The notes under the pieces are model-generated. The model was not told the DNA's origin and made no database searches. It worked only from the letters and a program-made list of their open reading frames with translations. 12,682 nucleotides of DNA from a virus. Positions 1-7,272 of the stretch are shown in pieces (the first letter of the stretch is position 1; each line of letters starts with the position of its first letter). A program made the translations under genes and the position numbers. Location of the stretch: the UHGV virus genome UHGV-0126489; one strand, 5' to 3'.

Positions 1-59
1 AACGAGTGAAGGGAAAGAAGCTGGTTATAGCGCTGAGTCGCAAAAGTTGCGTAGTGCAC

Positions 60-90
60 AAAAAAGGCCGCCCACAGGCAGCCTCTTTTT
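60..90. terminator. Candidate bidirectional rho-independent terminator (imperfect 7-bp GC stem, CACA loop, A-run upstream and T-run downstream)
   Basis: GGCCGCC (66-72) / GGCAGCC (77-83) with one mismatch, flanked by AAAAAA (60-65) and TCTTTTT (84-90). Lies downstream of the minus-strand 80-aa gene. Confidence 0.45.
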
Positions 91-103
91 ATAATTCATT
101 GAG

Positions 104-346
104 TTAACAACATTTAAATGCTGGTGGTATAGAAGGTTTTTCACCAGAACGACAAGCCGGACACCATGACTGAACGATATGCCTTCCGTCTCCCATATCC
201 CTATAACCAAAGTCTATTGTTTTATAAAAAACGTGCACTCCGGCATCAGCAGAACATTTTGGGCAAGATTTATATTCAACGCCATCTTGTTCAACTTCTC
301 GTGAATAACTTAATGACTGCTCACAAACAGAACAACGATCCACCAT
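104..346 (-). CDS. Hypothetical small Cys-rich (zinc-ribbon-like) protein, 80 aa
   Basis: ATG at 346-344 preceded by AGGAGA with 6-nt spacing; CxxC...CxxC...CxxC pattern in the translation. No transmembrane-like stretch, so not an obvious holin. Confidence 0.4.
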   Translation of the reverse strand: MVDRCSVCEQSLSYSREVEQDGVEYKSCPKCSADAGVHVFYKTIDFGYRDMGDGRHIVQSWCPACRSGEKPSIPPAFKCC

Positions 347-505
347 ATATGCTCTCCTGTTTTTGATAGAGATTTATGGGTAGCAATTCCATTCAAAAGA
401 AACATTGAAGGGTGTCACTTTTTCAAAATGAGCGTAGCTGGCTGCCAGTTTTTTGTACAACACACTTTAAGGAAGGAGAGCCTTAAAAACACAATTGACA
501 TCAAT

Positions 506-530
506 AAAAAACCGCTCGGTGGCGGTTTCT
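506..530 (-). terminator. Rho-independent terminator downstream of the Q-like gene (candidate tR'-like)
   Basis: Stem AAACCGC (509-515) / GCGGTTT (522-528), 6-nt loop. On the minus strand the stem is followed by TTTTTTATT; the plus-strand U-tract is weak. Confidence 0.5.
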
Positions 531-559
531 TGAAGATTATCAACGGTAGACACACAAAG

Positions 560-605
560 CCCATCGTTAGGAGAATCCTAACCAAATTTTTTGAAAAATG
601 CAAGA
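560..605 (-). promoter_or_regulatory. Candidate late promoter region (pR'-like) between Q stop and the terminator, with an inverted repeat TTAGGA-gaa-TCCTAA
   Basis: Minus strand reads TTGCAT (603-598) - 17 nt - TAGGAT (580-575). A perfect 6-bp-arm inverted repeat at 567-581 overlaps the -10. Assignment is positional, by analogy to lambda Q/pR'/tR'; the promoter match is weak. Confidence 0.25.
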
Positions 606-634
606 ATCATGTCGCCATCTTCGGCGAAAATCAT

Positions 635-1387
635 TTATCTCGTCACTTTTCTTAATTGCGCCTCAGCATATGCTTCTTCCTGCCAGCACTTTGTCACCAG
701 TTTATCAATGACATCTGCATATCCTTTGTACCACTGATAATCCGTCAGGTCTGGTACCAGCTTCTGGACATGATGCCGCGCCAGTGTGGTTGGTAAACGG
801 CTAAACCGATTTCCATTGCAACGCCCACAAATCTTATAAACAGGCGTGCCATGAAGCCGGGTCCTTTTTTCATCCAGGACAATACCTTTACCCTTACACC
901 CTCTGCACGCTGTGCTGACTTCTCCCTTACCATGACAATGCTGACATAGTTCCTTCACCCACTCTTCCTTGATAACAGATTCCCCGCTTCTGGAGTGTTT
1001 CACCACTTCGCGCAATACATTATGAAATCCAGTACCAGCACAATGCTCACAGCGAGCCTTACTTGCCGCAGACCTGGAATAATCAGCAAAGGCAAAATTC
1101 ACAAGGTAAGGGATGATCTGTAACCGGGTTTCTTCACTCAATTTGTTCAATGTCGGGTTATCCAGTGCCATCGCGTAATTGAGCAGACCTTCAATCGCAA
1201 ATTGAGGATCCTGAACACCAACTTTTGCCAGGAATAAGGCAAACCCAAGCGGTGCTTTCGACTGCACCATCCCCTGCGCAGCCATCACATCCGTAATCGT
1301 TAAACCACCTGAGCCTGTCGCCGGTGCGTCATCGCTCAATTTTGGAGATTTTGGGGAGTAATATTTTGGTAAGGCTTCAAGGTTCAT
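635..1387 (-). CDS. Q-like late antitermination protein (QuuQ-like, 250 aa) with four CxxCxGxG zinc-finger repeats
   Basis: ATG at 1387-1385. Translation contains CEHCAGTG, CQHCHGKG, CRGCKGKG and CGRCNGN. Sits at the distal end of the nin-like block, followed by a promoter-like sequence and terminator. Recalled length match to E. coli Qin QuuQ (250 aa), from memory only. Confidence 0.55.
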   Translation of the reverse strand: MNLEALPKYYSPKSPKLSDDAPATGSGGLTITDVMAAQGMVQSKAPLGFALFLAKVGVQDPQFAIEGLLNYAMALDNPTLNKLSEETRLQIIPYLVNFAFADYSRSAASKARCEHCAGTGFHNVLREVVKHSRSGESVIKEEWVKELCQHCHGKGEVSTACRGCKGKGIVLDEKRTRLHGTPVYKICGRCNGNRFSRLPTTLARHHVQKLVPDLTDYQWYKGYADVIDKLVTKCWQEEAYAEAQLRKVTR

Positions 1388-1400
1388 GCTCGTTCTCCAC

Positions 1401-2367
1401 TTACGCCAGTACGCCTATTGCCAGCGCACGATCGATAAAACGAAATATCAGCTCCAGCTGGGAACCATACATCTCTTCAAATGCCACGGTATCCGCATGC
1501 AGCTCGTCGTGATGCTTTCTGCACAAAGGCAACACAAAGAGATCATGTGCTTTTGTACCCATTCCCCCCTGACCGTGGCCTACCACAACATGCACACGGC
1601 TGTGTCTTAACCCAGCGCGTGTACTTTTCATTAACCCAGCGGCGACGTTTTGGGCGTAACATAAAAGACTCCGGCGACTCTGGATCCACTTTCAGCGCCA
1701 GCACCTTTTTCGCTTTATCCTGGATAATGCTGGTGGCAGGAACCGAAGGAACAAGGTCACTCTCCCGGGTGACAGACGGCACAACAGGCTTCGGTAATCT
1801 CAGTGCCTTACGGGCTGCACTTTCCGGTAAGGCATCAGCCAGGTCATTACGAACCAGCCACCAGCACAGTTCCGGCATTGTCACAACGTGACTATCATCA
1901 AAACCGAGATCACGGCGCACAACAGATAACACCCAGCGGGCACAGTTATCCGTTGCCATTGATTCCAGCCGTTCCGTGAACTGATCGCGCAGCTGGTTAT
2001 CGCAGTGCCAGCACAGACGGATTGCACCCGGAGCGTGTCGCATTGTGGTCATGTTCTCGCTGTGCCAGTCGGAATGAGGCCACTGGCAGCCTTTTTCACG
2101 AAGTAACCAGCTTTCAAGACATTCCACTCCACCAGCACGACGGATCACTGCCTCATTGCGGAACACGGCCCGAACGGCAGGATCATCCGCCAGCGGTTGT
2201 GATGCCGCCGGAACGGCACCACTGGCGAAAGATGAATAACGTTCCGGCTCAGGCTCCAGCAGGACACGCCCCTGCATAAACAGGGGCATCAGCTCTGAAC
2301 CTGGTCTGAACAATACGATCCCCATACGCGGGGCAATTTCAGGGGTCAGTAGTGCTCTCACAGTCAC
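1401..2367 (-). pseudogene. DUF968 (YdfU-like) gene interrupted by a frameshift: 274-aa ORF (1543..2367) plus 76-aa ORF (1401..1631) in another frame
   Basis: The two protein-like ORFs overlap by 89 nt and the span is 967 nt (3n+1). Upstream frame ends ...QPCACCGRP; downstream frame carries GHGQGGMGTKAHD...LCRKHHDELH (HNH-like). A run of six C (about 1563-1568) lies in the overlap. Could be a true pseudogene or a homopolymer sequencing error. Confidence 0.5.
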
Positions 2368-2368
2368 C

Positions 2369-3178
2369 TCAATGAACGGTATCGAGCAGCTTTAACAGCT
2401 CAGGGAATCGGGATTCGAAGAAATGCGGCTGCGTCTCACGCGGATTTGCGGGACTGGTGATGTTCTTGCCGAACATGCAGCCTTTCGCTGTCAGCGACCA
2501 GAATTTTTTGATGTTGTTAATCGCGGTACGGCTGTATCGTTCGCGCTGCTCGACGATCCCCAGCTTCACCATCTGGTGATATGCCTGATTAGCCGTCAGG
2601 CGGATACCATACTGTTTCAGCAGTGCACTCAGTGACAGTGTCGGGCGACTTGAGCCATCGTGTGCATCAGCAGGAGCATCAATGGCATAGCGCGGTGCCA
2701 GATTCGGTAAGCCAACAGCCTCCTGGAGTTTCTGACAGGCACCAAGCACTGAAGAGTTAGACAGGTTTAACTCCCGGCGCATAAAGTCCAGCAGAATCAC
2801 ACCAGCCTGCATCTTGTCAGCAGCCTGTCCGGATAATTTTTCCGGTGCGCTGGTTACCATATCGAAAGTACGGATCACCTTCAGATGGAATGACGGGCTG
2901 ATCCACATTGCATAGGCATACACCAGTTCCTTGCAGACATAAGTTCCCCGTTCATTTCCCCCATGAATCACACTCACCGGGTCAACACCCAAATTCTGGG
3001 TGTTGGTCAATTCATGAACAAGCTCAACAGTTTGTTGGCTGGAAAGAAACTTCCCCGGCTCCTTGGTTCTGGCATTTGCACCAGATGCTACTGCTGCGCG
3101 ATGCAGATCGTTCAGGCTGTAACGCCCATAAGCATCACGACGAACTTCAATACCATCAATGACCATCAGATTATTCAT
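2369..3178 (-). CDS. KilA-N domain protein with C-terminal extension (putative antirepressor-like), 269 aa
   Basis: Start taken as ATG at 3178-3176 (MNNLMVIDG...) preceded by GAGGAGAAACGAAGT; the ORF-track start at 3211 reads through this RBS. N-terminal region resembles KilA-N (MVIDGIEVRRDAYGRYSLNDLHRAA...). Confidence 0.6.
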   Translation of the reverse strand: MNNLMVIDGIEVRRDAYGRYSLNDLHRAAVASGANARTKEPGKFLSSQQTVELVHELTNTQNLGVDPVSVIHGGNERGTYVCKELVYAYAMWISPSFHLKVIRTFDMVTSAPEKLSGQAADKMQAGVILLDFMRRELNLSNSSVLGACQKLQEAVGLPNLAPRYAIDAPADAHDGSSRPTLSLSALLKQYGIRLTANQAYHQMVKLGIVEQRERYSRTAINNIKKFWSLTAKGCMFGKNITSPANPRETQPHFFESRFPELLKLLDTVH

Positions 3179-3197
3179 ACTTCGTTTCTCCTCTTGA

Positions 3198-3587
3198 TCA
3201 GGCGGCTGCACCCGCCGTTTTCTCGTACTTACTGATAGTGATCTCGACCTTCCCTTCCGGGATAACCGGTCCCCACTCCACCAGCATTCTTTTCACCTGA
3301 CTGTCGTCTTCCCACACACCCGCGTGGGTCAGGGCGTCAAACAGCGCCTTGTTATAGTTGTCCAGATCGCGGATCCGGTTATCCGGAGGAAACAACACGA
3401 TCTCCACTGAAGCAGGTGCCGACGTTGGTTTCGGCAGACGACGTAACTGCTCAACTATTGCTGCGCACGCCGCGCTCTGGAATTTTCGCCCCGCCGCGCT
3501 TATCAGGCTCTTACCAGCAAACGCCCCTTTGTTGGGGTGTCTCCAGTACGTGTTCACGCTGGGCGGAAAAGGCAGGATCAGCTTCAT
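3198..3587 (-). CDS. rusA: RusA-family Holliday junction resolvase, 129 aa
   Basis: MKLILPFPPSVNTYWRH... plus conserved RDLDN and DAL motifs. Start ATG overlaps the upstream stop (ATGA). Confidence 0.8.
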   Translation of the reverse strand: MKLILPFPPSVNTYWRHPNKGAFAGKSLISAAGRKFQSAACAAIVEQLRRLPKPTSAPASVEIVLFPPDNRIRDLDNYNKALFDALTHAGVWEDDSQVKRMLVEWGPVIPEGKVEITISKYEKTAGAAA

Positions 3588-3910
3588 ACTTTCAGGTCCC
3601 TCTCATGTAACCAGTGGGTTGCACGCAGCCTTGCGTTTTCCTCACCGGCAAGCAGTGCGCGGATAATCCCGACCGCCTCGCTGTCGTCGTCCTTCACCGC
3701 GGTATGAAGCGTTATCCCCCGGGCCACGCCACGCTTTATCGTGATGACGCCTTTTTTCTCCAGTGCGCGAAGATGCTCCACCGCTGCATTCACTGAACGG
3801 TATCCCAGCATGGTTGCCACCTCCTGATTAGTTGGCGGGAAGCCACGTTCTTGCTGGTAAGAAATCAGCATATCCAGCACCTGCTGCTGGCATTGAGTTA
3901 ACGTCGTCAT
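3584..3910 (-). CDS. LexA N-terminal DNA-binding-domain-only protein (winged helix), 108 aa, no S24 peptidase domain
   Basis: LTQCQQQVLDMLISYQQERGFPPTNQEVATMLGYRSVNAAVEHLRALEKKGVITIKRGVARGITL aligns with LexA residues 1-70 (from memory: [55 protein letters not shown]). Protein ends after about 40 more residues with no Ser/Lys dyad. ATGA overlap with the upstream gene. Confidence 0.6.
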   Translation of the reverse strand: MTTLTQCQQQVLDMLISYQQERGFPPTNQEVATMLGYRSVNAAVEHLRALEKKGVITIKRGVARGITLHTAVKDDDSEAVGIIRALLAGEENARLRATHWLHERDLKV

Positions 3911-4560
3911 GCCGCCATCTCCCTGACCAGTTTTTCCGCCTGCTGGCGAACCTGCGCCAGAAACGCCTCACCACATGCCTCAAGTTCATCGCGCCCGATG
4001 TAGCTAATTGCCGGTCCCTTCCAGGTCTTGTCGAAAACAGCAATAGCACCAGCGAAGAAAGCGCCTGTCGGCACCTGCTTCTCATCCTTCGGGATAAACC
4101 AGGCAGGCAGTTCAAAACCAATACGCCCGCGAATAAAAGCAATATGGTCCGCATCTTCCGGCCACCACACTTCGCTGGTGGCAGCTTTGATCAGGAAAAC
4201 ATAGCGCCCACCCTTATCACGCATGGCACTGGCATGTTTCATGATGTAACGCATGCCGGTGATGTATTGCCCCTCATGCTGACTGGCGCGGCTGTATGGG
4301 GGATTACCAAAGGCAGCCCCTTTAAGCTCCGCAAGACGTTCTGACCAGTCATGCGCCAGCGCGTTGTCTTCCGCCGTGTAATACGCAGCACATTTGGCGT
4401 TATCACCGTCAGTGAACAGATCCAGAACAAACGGGCCAAACAGGGTGTTAATTCCCCAGAAAATGTTGTCCGGCGTGCGCCACTGATCACCCACTTCCTT
4501 CAGTTCATGGGCTGGTTTGTTCCGCAGTTCCACCAACTCCTGGCAATATTTATTACTCAT
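3907..4560 (-). CDS. Phage Dam-type DNA N6-adenine methyltransferase, 217 aa
   Basis: FGNPPYS motif (N/D-PP-Y catalytic motif IV). Start set to ATG at 4560-4558 (MSNKYCQ...), overlapping the upstream stop as TAATG; the ORF track's longer start is at 4593. Confidence 0.7.
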   Translation of the reverse strand: MSNKYCQELVELRNKPAHELKEVGDQWRTPDNIFWGINTLFGPFVLDLFTDGDNAKCAAYYTAEDNALAHDWSERLAELKGAAFGNPPYSRASQHEGQYITGMRYIMKHASAMRDKGGRYVFLIKAATSEVWWPEDADHIAFIRGRIGFELPAWFIPKDEKQVPTGAFFAGAIAVFDKTWKGPAISYIGRDELEACGEAFLAQVRQQAEKLVREMAA

Positions 4561-5054
4561 TAAGCCCCCACGTAATTCCCTGACAGATACCACTCATCAC
4601 CCGATACAGCGCGCTTGCTGCTTTTCCGTAAACACTGCTCACGACGCGCCAGAAAATTGTTTCGTTCTGGCTGGGAGTGGCTTTCACGGAATGCCGCCAT
4701 CCACACCGTTGCAGCACGACGGTATAAGCCCCTGGACTCCAGTTCTTCCGCCTGGCGGGTCAGGCACAAAATCACCCGGGGATCGTTAGTGCCGACATAG
4801 AAATTGCGCACAGGTCTGGTTTCACGAACTGGTTGTGGTTCCGGCTCCTGCGCTCTCTCAGTCAGGCGTGGGAAATGTCTGCGTGTATCTCCTTCACAAC
4901 GGTGAGCCACACGCCCACTCTGACGTAACTTGCTTGCTGACTGCAGAACGCGCTGCCGTGAGTAACCTGCAAAAGCATCCGCAATGTCTCCGGAAGTACA
5001 CCCCGGATGGGCTTCAATGAATTTCTGAACGTCATTTAACAGACTCATGATCAC
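4560..5054 (-). CDS. yfdN: YfdN-like protein (164 aa) with PerC-like C-terminal motif
   Basis: Length equals recalled K-12 CPS-53 YfdN (164 aa). C-terminal LESRGLYRRAATVWMAAF resembles the PerC/Pch GL-x-RRAA-x-W motif. GTG at 5054 or ATG at 5048 with GGGGG 5 nt upstream. Symbol from memory, not alignment. Confidence 0.45.
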   Translation of the reverse strand: MIMSLLNDVQKFIEAHPGCTSGDIADAFAGYSRQRVLQSASKLRQSGRVAHRCEGDTRRHFPRLTERAQEPEPQPVRETRPVRNFYVGTNDPRVILCLTRQAEELESRGLYRRAATVWMAAFRESHSQPERNNFLARREQCLRKSSKRAVSGDEWYLSGNYVGA

Positions 5055-6043
5055 CCCCTGAATCCTGCCGGGATCTGGCTGTAGTCCACGTTGTCGTAAC
5101 TGGATTTGAAGTACGGGTCTTCGCGTTTTTCGGTGTACGTGCTTACGGACGGCGATAAGCGCAGGGAAAGCTCATCCCATTTTTCCCGCAGCTTCGACGG
5201 GCTGAGCACGTTACGGCACCAGAACGGATCGCGGCTGACGCGGCTGTACATCTCGCAGATTTGTTTGTGAGTACGACCATCCTGCACACACATCAGGCGA
5301 ATTTCGTTTGCCCAGGCTGTCCAGTTCGGTTCTTTGGGACGAACCACCTCGCCGTCACATTCGGCGGCTTGCTCGTACAGGGCGATGATTTTTTTCCAGA
5401 GCCACTGTGCGCAGGTCAAATCATCCTGCGTTCCCCACTGGCGCTTTTTAGGGCTGAATACAACCGCATCAGGATGGCGAGTTAAAAACTCCTGTTCAGC
5501 CGTTTGCGTGTCCGGTTGCGAAGCGTCCGGACGAGAAGAGGTTTTATTCTCTGTAGTAATCTCTGTTGTATTCTCTGTAAGATCATTGGGCCATTTTGAC
5601 CCGATGACAGCGTGTCGTTTTGAACCAATGGATCGTGTCATTTTGCGCCCATCCATCAGGTCACTTTGACCAGATGGAGAAGTGCATTTTGACCTGATGG
5701 ATTCGTTCACTTTGACCTCTTCTAAAAGCTCACTTTCATAGTTGATCGTGTAGAAGTTGGTCATGTCACGCTTCGATTTATTGAGTTGCTCGCGACGCAA
5801 AACCCCAAGTGATTTCAGGCTTGCAAATGTGCGTTTCAGAGTGGACTCTGACCAGAACGGAAACTGCTCCAGCCACTGTTCTGTCGTGTTATAAACCCAG
5901 CGAATTCCGCCATGCTCAGTGCCTGAATTCGTTTCATTCAGCCAGTAATGAAGCTGCTGCAACACAATTGCCTCATTCAGACCAATACGGCATGCAAGAT
6001 CACGATTTATCACAATGGGCTGGGATGTCATTAACAGGCTCAT
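5051..6043 (-). CDS. Replication initiator (lambda O-like architecture, origin iterons inside the gene), 330 aa
   Basis: ATG at 6043 with AGAGG 6 nt upstream. Six 23-bp iterons and an AT-richer tandem-repeat tract lie in the part encoding about aa 109-165, the linker position where lambda ori sits in O. K-12 yfdO is recalled as a 122-aa defective O fragment. Confidence 0.6.
   Translation of the reverse strand: MSLLMTSQPIVINRDLACRIGLNEAIVLQQLHYWLNETNSGTEHGGIRWVYNTTEQWLEQFPFWSESTLKRTFASLKSLGVLRREQLNKSKRDMTNFYTINYESELLEEVKVNESIRSKCTSPSGQSDLMDGRKMTRSIGSKRHAVIGSKWPNDLTENTTEITTENKTSSRPDASQPDTQTAEQEFLTRHPDAVVFSPKKRQWGTQDDLTCAQWLWKKIIALYEQAAECDGEVVRPKEPNWTAWANEIRLMCVQDGRTHKQICEMYSRVSRDPFWCRNVLSPSKLREKWDELSLRLSPSVSTYTEKREDPYFKSSYDNVDYSQIPAGFRG
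5548..5583. repeat. Three tandem 12-bp repeats TCTCTGTnGTAn adjacent to the iterons (AT-richer tract, candidate unwinding/accessory element)
   Basis: tctctgtagtaa / tctctgttgtat / tctctgtaaga read directly; they encode TENTTEITTENK on the coding strand. Confidence 0.4.
5592..5720. repeat. Candidate replication origin: six direct iterons with 23-bp periodicity, consensus about TCAyTTTGACCnGATGG
   Basis: TTTGAC/TTTGAA/TTTGCG cores start at 5595, 5619, 5642, 5665, 5688 and 5711 (spacing 24, 23, 23, 23, 23), each preceded by CA(T/C) and followed by a (G/A)ATGG-like element. Confidence 0.6.
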
Positions 6044-6212
6044 GACCGACCTCTATTTCCCTGAATTTACGACGAAACTGTTCGACCGGACTGAAGCATT
6101 CATGTTCATAGCCTTCACGGAGGTAGATAACCCGTTGTGTTTCCGGCTCCCAACGAATGACTCTGACGGGCACTCCGTAGTGATCTTTGAACCAGCGGTT
6201 AACTTGTCGCAA
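6000..6212 (-). CDS. Hypothetical small protein (70 aa, TTG start), or the C-terminal part of a frameshifted gene
   Basis: TTG at 6212-6210 preceded by AAGGAGA with 8-nt spacing; protein-like translation ([28 protein letters not shown]...). Overlaps the initiator start by 44 nt and the 112-aa ORF in another frame. Confidence 0.3.
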   Translation of the reverse strand: MRQVNRWFKDHYGVPVRVIRWEPETQRVIYLREGYEHECFSPVEQFRRKFREIEVGHEPVNDIPAHCDKS

Positions 6213-6391
6213 AGGACTGTCTCCTTCTGCCGGTTGAAATCACCCACAGCCCACTCTGCAAAGCTGTGGGTTACAATTTCCCTGTCACCTGGTACATTCA
6301 CTGCATAGCAATACTCCACCTTCGCTTTTCCACCCGGTACAGGAAGTGCAATCAGTTGCGAGCGACGGTAGTGTGTTGTTAAACTGTTCAT
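6053..6391 (-). CDS. Hypothetical protein (112-aa ORF); N-terminal about 55 aa look genuine, the remainder may be out of frame
   Basis: ATG at 6391 overlaps the upstream stop (ATGA), with GGAGA 9 nt upstream. After about codon 55 the translation becomes Ser-rich and low-complexity while the overlapping frame becomes protein-like. Confidence 0.3.
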   Translation of the reverse strand: MNSLTTHYRRSQLIALPVPGGKAKVEYCYAVNVPGDREIVTHSFAEWAVGDFNRQKETVLCDKLTAGSKITTECPSESFVGSRKHNGLSTSVKAMNMNASVRSNSFVVNSGK

Positions 6392-6972
6392 GCGTTAGTT
6401 TCTCCACAACCAGAAGCAATCGACGCCACGACGCCCGGAGCTGCACACTCGCGGGCGTTACTCTTTTCCGGCGCACAAAAAACACGAAATAACAGTGTTA
6501 AATGCTCCTGCCACTTCGCCATTACTTGGTAGCTGTTCTCTTCGATTTGCTCACGCTCAGCCTGGTCAATAACTCCATCAGCAGTTGCCTTGCGTAAGTA
6601 CTGGGAATGCTTGCCAATCCATTCTATTGACTCCATCAGCCGCTGATTAATGTCACCATTGTCAATGTCATCAATGACCACCAGCGGCACAAACACCCCA
6701 TTACTACGACGGGCTATTGCATCTGTTACATGCCTGGTACCACTGGCATCCTGTAAAACCATGGCCCACTCAAGTGGAAAAATTTGATCCCCACCGCTAC
6801 GCAGTCTGTTATGCAATTGATCTTTTGCTGGGGTGATATCATCAGATTTATACAAACCAAGAATTTCTGCTGCTTCCTCATAGCCATGAGGTAAATCAGC
6901 AATCGTTCTTCGTATTGCTGCCACCAGCCATGCTGGTTGTTTATCAACTTTCCATTCAGGTTCTTTACCCAC
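6388..6972 (-). CDS. Hypothetical regulatory protein in the CII position (194 aa, GTG start 5 nt after the cro stop)
   Basis: Protein-like throughout ([27 protein letters not shown]...). Functional assignment is by gene order only. Confidence 0.35.
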   Translation of the reverse strand: MGKEPEWKVDKQPAWLVAAIRRTIADLPHGYEEAAEILGLYKSDDITPAKDQLHNRLRSGGDQIFPLEWAMVLQDASGTRHVTDAIARRSNGVFVPLVVIDDIDNGDINQRLMESIEWIGKHSQYLRKATADGVIDQAEREQIEENSYQVMAKWQEHLTLLFRVFCAPEKSNARECAAPGVVASIASGCGETNA

Positions 6973-6977
6973 GGTTT

Positions 6978-7175
6978 TTATGCCGCAGCACTGTTAGTCT
7001 TTTGATATAAAGACACGTCAACTTTCAGTTTCCCGTTAGTAATTTTTTCTAACTGGTACGCTCGGCCTTCAGGAATAATCTCAGGCCACTCTGAAACAGA
7101 CGGATGCTTAATACCTAGGGCTTCGGCGGTTTTACAAACTCCGCCGAAATAATTAATCACGTCGGATTTCCGCAT
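6978..7175 (-). CDS. cro: Cro-like repressor, 65 aa
   Basis: ATG at 7175 with GGGAGA 6 nt upstream; divergent from the repressor gene across the operator region; size and sequence pattern like lambda Cro. Confidence 0.7.
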   Translation of the reverse strand: MRKSDVINYFGGVCKTAEALGIKHPSVSEWPEIIPEGRAYQLEKITNGKLKVDVSLYQKTNSAAA

Positions 7176-7207
7176 TTCTGTCTCCCGTTAAATTACGTTA
7201 AGCAGAA

Positions 7208-7272
7208 ATGTAGGATATCCAACATGCCAATGTCAAGAATCCTACATGGGCATGTGGTAGGATTGCCTACAT
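7208..7272. promoter_or_regulatory. OR-like tripartite operator with divergent promoters (pR on minus strand; pRM region on plus)
   Basis: Three 18-bp sites: 7208-7225 ATGTAGGATATCCAACAT, 7230-7247 ATGTCAAGAATCCTACAT, 7255-7272 TGGTAGGATTGCCTACAT. Minus-strand TTGACA (7236-7231) - 17 nt - CTACAT (7213-7208). Site 3 overlaps the repressor ATG at 7271. Confidence 0.6.

Noticed and set aside
25-366. ORFs 25..210 (-) and 166..366 (+)
   Set aside because: They overlap the better-supported 104..346 (-) gene and the terminator hairpin, with no convincing RBS.
415-655. Small ORFs 415..603 (-) and 428..655 (+)
   Set aside because: They overlap each other, span the hairpin terminator and promoter-like sequence, and have low-complexity translations; this region is more likely regulatory.
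1481-4344. Plus-strand ORFs inside minus-strand genes (1481..1891, 2022..2279, 2908..3162, 2963..3235, 3358..3666, 3832..4344, 4517..4789)
   Set aside because: These are antisense shadows of well-supported minus-strand genes, with no start context and Arg/Pro/His-rich translations.
5592-5720. 23-bp periodic repeats as a CRISPR array
   Set aside because: The units are contiguous iterons without intervening unique spacers and lie inside a replication-initiator gene; no cas genes are present.
6388-6972. Calling the 194-aa protein lambda CII or a YdaT toxin
   Set aside because: Only its position (after cro, before the initiator) supports a CII-like role. The sequence does not resemble the 97-aa lambda CII and I cannot verify family membership without a search.
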